In this document: piece after piece, positions 19,400 to 27,186 of the stretch
Position numbering within the stretch: the first letter of the stretch is position 1
Layout of the letters: each line of letters opens with the position of its first letter
Assembly (NCBI GenBank): GCA_029775915.1
Contig: JARVKA010000003.1
Location: 76,997 to 140,996 of the forward strand
Reading direction: 5' to 3'
DNA: 64,000 nucleotides
Source of the DNA: Nitrososphaeria archaeon
Lineage (GTDB): Archaea > Thermoproteota > Nitrososphaeria > Nitrososphaerales > JANXEG01
The notes under the pieces: generated by a model
What the model saw: the letters and a program-made list of their open reading frames with translations, nothing else
The model's database searches: none
Told to the model about the DNA's origin: nothing
Position numbers and translations under genes: made by a program

Positions 19400-19924
19400 T
19401 TAACCCTTTGCAATATAAACTGCATGATTAAGTTCTCCAAGAATTATATTTAAAGCGGTAATTACAGCGTATGGTGAGCCGGGTAAGCAAAAAACCAATC
19501 TTTTATCAATCGTTCCAGCTGTTGCTCTCGATAAGAATGCTGCAGCTCCAATCTCTTGATAACTAACCATTCTAAATATTTCTCCAAAACCACTTATTAC
19601 TTTATCGAAAAGAGGTTGAACCGTTTCTATAGTTACATCACGTGGAGAGAGGCCAGTACCACCAATCATTATTACTACATCTGCACCTTCTTCTCGAATA
19701 CTTTTTAAAAGCTCATTTTTAATCATTTCAGAATCATCATTTACAATCTTTTTTGAAATCACAATATGCCCCGCTTTTTTTATCATTTCAATAGCTTTAT
19801 CTCCAGATTCATCTTGAACACTCTCACCTTCCAAAATCTTTTGATACCTCGATGTACTAATGGTAATTACAGAGACTTTAACTGGCCCATGTGCTTCCTC
19901 TTTATGCTTTTTCACAACCTCCAT
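19400..19924 (-). CDS. moaB: Molybdenum cofactor biosynthesis protein B (MoaB/MogA family)
   Basis: VSVITISTSRY...DESGD...IGGTGLSPRDVT...LPGSPYAV. Confidence 0.85.
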   Translation of the reverse strand: MEVVKKHKEEAHGPVKVSVITISTSRYQKILEGESVQDESGDKAIEMIKKAGHIVISKKIVNDDSEMIKNELLKSIREEGADVVIMIGGTGLSPRDVTIETVQPLFDKVISGFGEIFRMVSYQEIGAAAFLSRATAGTIDKRLVFCLPGSPYAVITALNIILGELNHAVYIAKG

Positions 19925-20348
19925 TCATCTTCACCTTCTTTATTACTCTCACATTATTGATAATTGTAGTTGGATATTGTCCATTTTCATCTTTTTCATA
20001 CATCTTTACCACATCCCATATATTGAGCAAAGCGATGGTAACAGCGGTTAAAGCTTCCATTTCAACACCAGTTTTATCTGTAGAGCGAACTCTTGCAGTA
20101 ATGGTAATGCATGAGTCATCAATTTTTGATTCTATATCAACTCCTTCTATGTGAATAGGATGGCAAAGAGGTATAAGTAAATAAGTGAATTTTGCGCCTT
20201 GAATCCCAGCTAATGTAGCGATTTGAATAGGATCGCCTTTTTCTACTTTACTTTGCTTAATTAACTTTATAGTTTCAGGTTTTAAATAAATTTGGCCCGT
20301 TGCTATCGCTTCACGATAAATTGCCTCTTTCTTTGAAATATCAACCAT
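19902..20348 (-). CDS. moaC: Cyclic pyranopterin monophosphate synthase MoaC
   Basis: MVDISKKEAIYREA...KGDPIQIATLAGIQGAKFTYLLIPLCHPI...TGVEMEALTAVTIALLNIWD. It overlaps moaB by 23 nt. Confidence 0.88.
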   Translation of the reverse strand: MVDISKKEAIYREAIATGQIYLKPETIKLIKQSKVEKGDPIQIATLAGIQGAKFTYLLIPLCHPIHIEGVDIESKIDDSCITITARVRSTDKTGVEMEALTAVTIALLNIWDVVKMYEKDENGQYPTTIINNVRVIKKVKMNGGCEKA

Positions 20349-20443
20349 TTTTACTCTCATACCAAACCTTTTTATAAAAAGAAAGTTGTTGCTTTTATTT
20401 ATGTCGCTTTAAAAAAATAAAATAACAAAAAATAAAGGAGGAT

Positions 20444-21352
20444 TTATGAAGAAGTTTTAGCCCTTTCTTTTCTCGCCCTCTCCTTCTCCTCTATCGCCTT
20501 AGCCATCTCAAGAATGGCTTTTAAGCCACCGTATGTAGCTATATCAACCATTTTGCCACGAAAGTCTATAGCTGCCCTACCCTCTTGCATAGCTTTTTCA
20601 AATGCTGCACAAGCTTCTTTTGCGTATTGAATATCTTCATCAGATGGCTTATAAACTTGATTCGCTATCTCAACTTGGGATGGATGTATTAGCATTCTAC
20701 CTTCCATTCCGAATTGCTTACCAAACTCGCAATCTTTCCTAAAGCCTTCAAGATCCCCAATATCTGGGTATGGGTAATCTATAGCTATTACACCAGCAGC
20801 TCTCGCAGCTTGACCTATTCTCATTCTCGGGTAAAGACTCTCCCAAGCCTCCTTCGTCATTTTAACACGCATATCTCTTGTATAATCAACAGCACCATAA
20901 ATGAGAGAGTTAACTCTCGGGCTAGCAGTTGCAGCTTCATAAACCAACTCAACACCTTTAGCAGTCTCAATAAGGAGTTGTATTGCGATAGGCTTTTTAA
21001 TACCCCTTTGCTTCTCCAACTCTTCAAGCTTCTTCTCTAACTTCTTTACTTGCTCAGCACCCTCACACTTTGGTAAGCATACACCATCAAGCCCCTCTTG
21101 AACAATAGCATTTAAATCTTCCTCAGTAAGTCCAGTAAGCCAACCATTTATTCTCACATATACATCAGTCCCACTTAACTCCTTCACCCTTTTTATTGAG
21201 TCTTTTACCATGAATCTTGCAGTCTCTTTCTCAGCTGGCGGTACAGAGTCTTCCAAGTCTAAAGTGATAATATCTGCAGGTATTGTGGGAGCTTTTTCAA
21301 TGAATCTCCAATTATTGCCAGGCACGTAAAATACAGATCTCATAACTACCAT
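20444..21352 (-). CDS. CitE/HpcH-family acyl-CoA lyase (citryl-/malyl-/citramalyl-CoA lyase-like)
   Basis: RSVFYVPGNNWRFIEKA...DIITLDLEDSVPPAEK...VYVRING...LLIETAKGV...DYTRD. This is the citrate lyase beta / malyl-CoA lyase pattern. Confidence 0.8.
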   Translation of the reverse strand: MVVMRSVFYVPGNNWRFIEKAPTIPADIITLDLEDSVPPAEKETARFMVKDSIKRVKELSGTDVYVRINGWLTGLTEEDLNAIVQEGLDGVCLPKCEGAEQVKKLEKKLEELEKQRGIKKPIAIQLLIETAKGVELVYEAATASPRVNSLIYGAVDYTRDMRVKMTKEAWESLYPRMRIGQAARAAGVIAIDYPYPDIGDLEGFRKDCEFGKQFGMEGRMLIHPSQVEIANQVYKPSDEDIQYAKEACAAFEKAMQEGRAAIDFRGKMVDIATYGGLKAILEMAKAIEEKERARKERAKTSS

Positions 21353-21369
21353 TTTTTCACCCCCTACTA

Positions 21370-22275
21370 CTACCTACCGAGGATACGCTTTAAGGTTGGA
21401 GCGATCTCCTCGGGTCGATTAACAACATAAGCACCAACACTTTTAAGTGTTTCTATTTTACTCTTCGCACTCCCTCTTCCACGCTCAATAATACTACTCG
21501 CATGTGAGAATCTCATACCTTCTGGAGCCCATGCACCAGCAATATATATAACGAATGGTTTTGTAAACTCTCCCCTTCTAATTACTTCAGCCGCTTCTTC
21601 CTCATGCAAACCACCAATCTCACCGAAGGCTGCAACCGCTTTCGTTTGCTCATCCTTCTCGAATAGAGGTAATATATCGCCAAATGACATACCTACAATC
21701 GGTTCAGTACCAACATGTACAGCAGTACTCACACCAAAGCCAGCTTGCTTAAGTGCCCAAGGGACTGTGCTTGATTGTCCGCCACTCCTTGATAAAACAC
21801 CAATATCACCAGGCTTGAATACTATTTGAGCTCTCTCTGCAGTCCCTCCAAGCCAACCTGCAGCCGCTTTACCAGGGCTAATAATTCCAATTGAACCCGG
21901 GCCGAGTAGCTTCGCACCCTTACGCTTTGCAACTGCTACCATCTCCATTATATCATGTAATGGAACTCGCTCAACGGGCATAACTATGAATTTTATATCA
22001 CATTCTAAAGCTTCCATAACCGCATCCTTAAGGAAAGGTCCGGGAACGAATGTTACACTGCAATCTATTGGTCCATGATGCTTAATAGCTTGCTCCACTG
22101 TATCATATACAGGTACACCAGCTTCTGTAGTACCACCTCTACCGGGTGTAACACCAGCAACGACTTTAGTACCATAAGCTTTCATAAATGCAGCTCTTGC
22201 TGAGCCTTCCCTACCAGTAATTCCTTGTATCAATACGGTAGTTTTTTCATCCAAAAGAATTGCCATATCTCTCAC
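21370..22275 (-). CDS. SucD-like CoA-binding / phosphohistidine subunit of an ADP-forming acyl-CoA synthetase
   Basis: VLIQGITGREGS, GPGSIGIISPG, LSRSGG, FSHASSII (the His loop in the position of GHAGA). Its GTG start overlaps the upstream stop (GTGA). Confidence 0.8.
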   Translation of the reverse strand: MRDMAILLDEKTTVLIQGITGREGSARAAFMKAYGTKVVAGVTPGRGGTTEAGVPVYDTVEQAIKHHGPIDCSVTFVPGPFLKDAVMEALECDIKFIVMPVERVPLHDIMEMVAVAKRKGAKLLGPGSIGIISPGKAAAGWLGGTAERAQIVFKPGDIGVLSRSGGQSSTVPWALKQAGFGVSTAVHVGTEPIVGMSFGDILPLFEKDEQTKAVAAFGEIGGLHEEEAAEVIRRGEFTKPFVIYIAGAWAPEGMRFSHASSIIERGRGSAKSKIETLKSVGAYVVNRPEEIAPTLKRILGR

Positions 22276-22556
22276 CCCATATACTTTCTCCTATATTCAT
22301 CAAGCCCCTTTATTGGTGCTTCTATCCTTATAGCTTTTAACCCTCTAAACCAACACTCATACTCACATGCTAAGCATTCAGTACCCATTCGCTTCACCTC
22401 CTCGGGACTTATTAAGATTGCAGGCTTGCCACCTTTCAATCTCAATATCCCTCGATCATAAAGGCTACAACCTTTAATACAAGCCTTCGTTGTACACTCA
22501 AGGCATTTACTATCATCAATTATAACTTTAATAGTTTGTTCTTCAAACTCAAGCAT
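22272..22556 (-). CDS. Small Cys-rich ferredoxin-like protein, function unknown
   Basis: 94 aa with CLECTTKACIKGC and CLACEYEC clusters. It is wedged between the SucC-like and SucD-like genes, 1 nt from the first and overlapping the second by 4 nt. Confidence 0.5.
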   Translation of the reverse strand: MLEFEEQTIKVIIDDSKCLECTTKACIKGCSLYDRGILRLKGGKPAILISPEEVKRMGTECLACEYECWFRGLKAIRIEAPIKGLDEYRRKYMG

Positions 22557-22557
22557 T

Positions 22558-23823
22558 TTAACTCACCTTCACACCCCTCTCCTTTCTATATTCATCAACA
22601 AGCGCTCTCATTCTTTGAGCGATAAAGTCTGTATTGTATACATGCTCACTACCATATATCTCAAGGCGTATTGGTAAATCCTTTAATCCCTCTTTAAATA
22701 TCTCAATAGACTCCTCCTCTTTATTACCACATATGAGGATTAAAACTGGGAAGCCGGGCTTGTTAGCCAATTCCTCTCTCAAAGCTTTTACAATACCGTG
22801 AGCGTGATGCCATTGCTCTTGATTCGCAACTATAAAGCCTCCAAGCATATATCCCTCAATACCGGGTTGTGAGAGTATTATCTTTGCGATTCGATAAACT
22901 TTAGCAGCGGTAGGATTACCACTCGTATCAGCGTAATTCGCGATTTTTAATCCATAACGATTTAATGCATCAACCCCTAAAATCGCTCCTCCACCACCAA
23001 TCCCATGATATCCTATGTATCCAGGCTCTTTAATCTCTTTAACCATTTGTGCAAAGTAGCCAACACCTCTATAATCACTCTCTTCTACAGTCCATGCGAT
23101 TTTATCCAATTCGGTTGGAGGCTTACTCATCTCTCGAGCAATCTCAATTCCAAGCTCAGGATGGCGATATACAGAAGAGTCATCGATAGTTACACGACAA
23201 TCAGCAGCTATTATCTTCTTATCCTTTGTTAAAACCAAAGGGTTTATCTCAGCTGCACGTGCATCATACTTTCTAAATACTTCATATATGCCACAAATAG
23301 CTGTACTTAAAGGCCTTAACAAATCGGTTGGAACGCCACACTTCAGAGCGAGGTTGAAAGCATCATAAACTTTAACACCTCTAAATATATCAACAACCAT
23401 GCGTGCAATCTTCTCAGGATATTTTTCAGCCACTTCTTCAATATCTACACCTCCTTCAGTACTAAATATCAATACAGGCGCTCTAACTTCACGGGAAGTA
23501 TCAACGATTACACCAGTGTAAAATTCCTTTTGTATATCCAATTTTTCTTCAACTATAACCTTTTCCACTAAATTTTCCTTAATTTCTTTACCCAATAATT
23601 CTCTCGCAGCATCTTCAGCTTCCTTAGGATTATTAGCGAATTTTATCCCACCAGCTTTAAAACGGCCAGTAGCCCAAATTTGTGCTTTAATCGCCACAGG
23701 TTTGCCAATCTTCTCAGCAATCGCTCTTGCCTCTTCAGGTGTTGATGCAACACCACCCTCGGGAATTGGAATTCCCACATTCTTTAATAATTGCTTACCT
23801 TGATACTCATAAAGTCGAACCAT
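22558..23823 (-). CDS. SucC-like ATP-grasp subunit of an ADP-forming acyl-CoA synthetase (SucC/MtkA/CcsA family)
   Basis: MVRLYEYQGKQLLKNVGIPIP...KAQIWATGRFKAGGIKF...EINPLVL...GGGGAILGVDAL. The start is taken at the Met of MVRLYEYQ. Confidence 0.8.
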   Translation of the reverse strand: MVRLYEYQGKQLLKNVGIPIPEGGVASTPEEARAIAEKIGKPVAIKAQIWATGRFKAGGIKFANNPKEAEDAARELLGKEIKENLVEKVIVEEKLDIQKEFYTGVIVDTSREVRAPVLIFSTEGGVDIEEVAEKYPEKIARMVVDIFRGVKVYDAFNLALKCGVPTDLLRPLSTAICGIYEVFRKYDARAAEINPLVLTKDKKIIAADCRVTIDDSSVYRHPELGIEIAREMSKPPTELDKIAWTVEESDYRGVGYFAQMVKEIKEPGYIGYHGIGGGGAILGVDALNRYGLKIANYADTSGNPTAAKVYRIAKIILSQPGIEGYMLGGFIVANQEQWHHAHGIVKALREELANKPGFPVLILICGNKEEESIEIFKEGLKDLPIRLEIYGSEHVYNTDFIAQRMRALVDEYRKERGVKVS

Positions 23824-24035
23824 ACCAAAAATTAAAATTTGCAAGTATATAAAAGTTTAAAAAATATCGCCTTGAATCTTGCGATTTAACATGTTAAAAA
23901 TCTCCTACTATATCATAAACGGTATTATAATTATATATTGTCATTTTTGCAATTTCATTTTCAACATCTAAAAGATGTTTCAACTTGAATTAATATGAAT
24001 ACCGCTAAATTATAACCGATTTTGTTTAGATTTAA

Positions 24036-24171
24036 GCTTTGTGGCTTAATTTCGAATTTTGTATTTTGTGATTTAAAATTTAATTTTTCTAACATTTTTA
24101 TGGTTAATTCTTACAATTATTTTAAGGAGATATATAAAGATTTAAATTTTAAAAAAATTAAGCCACAAAGC
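24036..24171. mobile_element. MITE-like element: 16-bp perfect terminal inverted repeats with a flanking 9-bp direct repeat
   Basis: GCTTTGTGGCTTAATT at 24036-24051 is the exact reverse complement of 24156-24171. TAGATTTAA occurs at 24027-24035 and again at 24173-24181. The 104-bp interior is AT-rich and non-coding. Confidence 0.5.
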
Positions 24172-24430
24172 ATAGATTTAAATAATTGTGTATCTTTTAG
24201 CCACATCTTTTCCTCTAAATTGTATGCAATACCTTGATATTTTAAGTTTGTTTGTAATTTTGTTATAAGAAAGATAGAGAAGCTTTTAATCTTTCTGTGC
24301 AAATTGAGGATCTTAAAAATCACATCATTCAATTTCTCGATAATATTAAAAGTTTTCTTTTGAACATTTATTCATTAAATTTAAAAATATATAAATATTT
24401 TTCCATCAATTGGGAAAATATTTATATATT

Positions 24431-24444
24431 TGTATAAAATATAC
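24431..24444 (+). promoter_or_regulatory. Candidate archaeal TATA box for glnA
   Basis: TGTATAAAATATAC is centred about 30 bp upstream of ATG 24467, which fits a leaderless or short-leader transcript. This call rests on sequence pattern only. Confidence 0.3.
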
Positions 24445-24466
24445 AGTCCTAAAATGGTGTATCGGT

Positions 24467-25930
24467 ATGATAAGGAATGAAGATGTTGAGAAGGCTTTGG
24501 AGCTTTTGAAAGCACATAAGGTACGTTGGGTTCATTCAGCTTTCGTTGATATAAGAGGGCTTTTACAAGATATGATTGTGCCTGCAAGGGAATATCTTGA
24601 GGGAAATGCATTTAAAGCAGGTTTAGGGTTTGATGGCTCTTCTGTGAGAGGGTTCAAATCTATAGATGAATCGGATATGACTTACATGCCTGACCCTAAA
24701 ACTTTGGCTATACTGCCATGGGAAAAAGACGAAGATCAGAAAAGCGCCATAATTTTAGGTGATGTATATGAAGCTTATGGTGGTGGCCCATCAGATGTGT
24801 GCTCAAGAAGCTATGTTGCAAAAAGAGCTATGAAAACTGCTGAAGAAATGGGCTTCGAAGTATTAATAGCTCCTGAACTTGAATACTTTGTGTTTTCATC
24901 TATAGATCCGACAAAACTCGTTTGGGATCTTTGGGTAAGCCCAAAAGGTGGCGAAGGTGATTCTTGGGGCCCTCCAAGAATTGTGCCACAATCCCCTGAA
25001 ATAACCCCTGGGAACTTTGTGTTGAGACCAAAAGAAGCTTATTATAGACCTCCTCCTGAAGACACAACAATACAATATCGAAATGAGGTATCTTCAATTT
25101 TAGAAGATTATTTCGGCTTTAGAATTGAAAAGCATCATCATGAAGTTGCCACAGCTGGACAAATAGAAATAGACTTCCAATATGGGCCTTTAGTTGAGGT
25201 TGCTGACAAAGCTATATACTACAAGTTTGTAGCAAAGAATATCGCCAAAAAATATGGCTTAATAGCTACTTTTATGCCAAAACCCGTTTACCTCGATAAC
25301 GCTAGTGGAATGCATACACATTTATCCCTATGGAAGAATGGAAGAAATGTGATGTATGATGAAAATGATGAGTATGCGGAGCTTAGCCAAACTGGCAGGT
25401 ACTTCATAGGTGGGCTTCTTGAACATGCTAGAGCCTTGAGTGCCGTATGCTGTCCAACCGTTAACTCCTATAAGCGTTTAGTTCCAGGTTTTGAAGCGCC
25501 AATTTACATAATGTGGTCTCGCCGCAATAGGTCAGCGCTAGTGCGTATCCCTGTCTATTATAAAGGTCCAGAGTTTGCCAACCAAAAAAGAGTAGAATAT
25601 CGTGGTGCCGATCCATCATGCAATCCATACTTGGCTTTTGCATGTTTATTAGCCACAGGGCTCGATGGGGTCAAAAAGAAAATCGATCCTGGCGACCCTG
25701 TAGATGAAGACGTATACAAAATGTCTGTAGAGAGGCGAAGAGCCCTTGGAATAAAAGAATTGCCAACGACATTAAGGGATGCATTGGAAGAAATGAAAAG
25801 TGACGAAGTAATACATCAAACTTTAGGAAAACATATATTTGACGCATTTATAGAATATAAAATGAACGATTGGAACCAATATTGTCTTTATGTAACACCT
25901 TGGGAAATAATGAAATATTTAGATTATTAA
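24467..25930 (+). CDS. glnA: Glutamine synthetase, type I
   Basis: VRWVHSAFVDIRG...GFDGSSVRGF...ELEYFVF...KHHHEVATAGQIEIDF...MPKPVYLDNASGMHTHLSLW...NSYKRLVPGFEAP...RNRSALVRIP. The start is taken at the Met of MIRNEDV. Confidence 0.93.
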   Translation: MIRNEDVEKALELLKAHKVRWVHSAFVDIRGLLQDMIVPAREYLEGNAFKAGLGFDGSSVRGFKSIDESDMTYMPDPKTLAILPWEKDEDQKSAIILGDVYEAYGGGPSDVCSRSYVAKRAMKTAEEMGFEVLIAPELEYFVFSSIDPTKLVWDLWVSPKGGEGDSWGPPRIVPQSPEITPGNFVLRPKEAYYRPPPEDTTIQYRNEVSSILEDYFGFRIEKHHHEVATAGQIEIDFQYGPLVEVADKAIYYKFVAKNIAKKYGLIATFMPKPVYLDNASGMHTHLSLWKNGRNVMYDENDEYAELSQTGRYFIGGLLEHARALSAVCCPTVNSYKRLVPGFEAPIYIMWSRRNRSALVRIPVYYKGPEFANQKRVEYRGADPSCNPYLAFACLLATGLDGVKKKIDPGDPVDEDVYKMSVERRRALGIKELPTTLRDALEEMKSDEVIHQTLGKHIFDAFIEYKMNDWNQYCLYVTPWEIMKYLDY

Positions 25931-25945
25931 AGAGGATTAGAGAAA

Positions 25946-26179
25946 ATGAGAGCTTACATATTTATAAAGACTAAGCCAGGAACTTCTGAGGAAGTTGTTA
26001 AACGAATAAAAAATAACGTTAAAGAAGTTATTCAAGCCGATTCAATCTATGGAAGATTTGATGCTATAGTAATCATAGAAGCACCGAAGCTTGAAGATAT
26101 AAACGAAATAGTTTATAAAGTCATCGAAAAAGATCCAAACATAATTCACACAGAAACCTCACTAGTCTTATCAAGTTGA
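25946..26179 (+). CDS. Stand-alone RAM (Lrp/AsnC ligand-binding) domain protein
   Basis: 77 aa: MRAYIFIKTKPGTSEEVVKRI...IYGRFDAIVIIEAPKLEDINEIV...IIHTETSLVL. There is no HTH domain. Confidence 0.75.
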   Translation: MRAYIFIKTKPGTSEEVVKRIKNNVKEVIQADSIYGRFDAIVIIEAPKLEDINEIVYKVIEKDPNIIHTETSLVLSS

Positions 26180-26203
26180 CATGTTTAAAGGGAGTAATGC
26201 GAA

Positions 26204-26482
26204 ATGTCTTCAAAGAAAGATCTTCGTAAGAAGGCTTTAAGGGCGTTCGTCATGGTTACCATGAAGCCTGGTACATCTGAGGAGATTGTACGATCAAGGA
26301 GGATAAAAGGCGTTAAAATGGCTAACTCAGTCTTGGGAAGGTTTGATGCTGTAATCGTTATTGAAGCTGAAAATCTTGATGAACTTAAAAAAATAATTTA
26401 TGAAATGGTAGAGCGGCATCCAAACGTCATTCACACAGAAACCTTAATATCCATTTTCCATCCACCTCAAGAGATGCTTTAA
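26204..26482 (+). CDS. Stand-alone RAM (Lrp/AsnC ligand-binding) domain protein, paralog with a basic N-terminal tail
   Basis: 92 aa: ...RAFVMVTMKPGTSEEIV...VLGRFDAVIVIEAENLDELKKIIY...VIHTETLI. It is clearly paralogous to 25946-26179. Confidence 0.75.
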   Translation: MSSKKDLRKKALRAFVMVTMKPGTSEEIVRSRRIKGVKMANSVLGRFDAVIVIEAENLDELKKIIYEMVERHPNVIHTETLISIFHPPQEML

Positions 26483-26582
26483 CCTTTTGGCATTTTTGCT
26501 TCTTAAAAGCCTTTTAGCTAAAGGAGGATCTTTATTGGAAATAAACCACAGTTATAATTGAAGATTCTAAAAGGTGTGAGAA

Positions 26583-27183
26583 TTGAAGTATGATGCAATC
26601 TTAGTTTTAGACTTTGGTGGTCAATATTGCCATCTTATAGGGAGGCGCATAAGAGAGAATGGTGTTTACTCAGAGGTTGTCCCTTATGATATAAAAATTG
26701 AAGATATCAAACTTTTAAGTGAGAAATTTAATGTTAAGGGCTTGATTTTGTCAGGAGGACCATCAAAGTGTTTTTGATGATAAGGCGCCTAAGCTAGAGA
26801 AGGAAATTTTGGAGTTAAGGCTGCCTATTTTAGGCTTATGTTATGGGCATCAATTGTTAGCTTATATGGCTGGAGGAGAGGTTAAACCAGCTAAAAGAAA
26901 AGAATATGGTGCAACATATGCCACTATTAATAAACCAATTGGGGTTTTAAAAGGCTTAAACCGAAGGGAAAAAGTTTGGATGAGCCATGGTGATACTGTT
27001 TTTTCAATTCCCAATGAATATGAAGTATTAGCATATACTGAAAATTGCCCCATTGCTGCTTTTAAGCATAATGTAAAGCCAATTTATGGTTTGCAATGGC
27101 ACCCAGAAATGGTGCATACAGAGAAGGGCATACAAATGCTTCGTAACTTTCTCTTCGAAGTATGCAAGTGTGAAGCTAATTGA
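26583..27183 (+). pseudogene. guaA: GMP synthase glutamine-amidotransferase subunit, frameshifted
   Basis: ILVLDFGGQYCHLIGRRIRE...LSGGPS then a frame change, then SVFDDKAPKLEKEILELRLPILGLCYGHQ...WMSHGD...LQWHPE. An extra A in the AAA run at 26765-26767 breaks the frame. Track ORFs 26583-26777 and 26809-27183 are the two halves. Confidence 0.8.
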
Positions 27184-27186
27184 AAG

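Noticed and set aside
24022-24611. Three small ORFs (71, 71 and 76 aa) in the glnA upstream spacer
   Set aside because: They are low-complexity, AT-rich and mutually overlapping on both strands, and they cross the MITE-like element and the promoter. No motifs were found.
27181-27183. TGA between the GATase and ATP-PPase parts of GMP synthase counted as another lesion (it sits where fused GuaA proteins have Trp)
   Set aside because: Many archaea encode GMP synthase as two separate subunits. An ATG at 27187 gives a normal subunit-B N-terminus (MEDLIERMVEEV...), so this stop is probably native.
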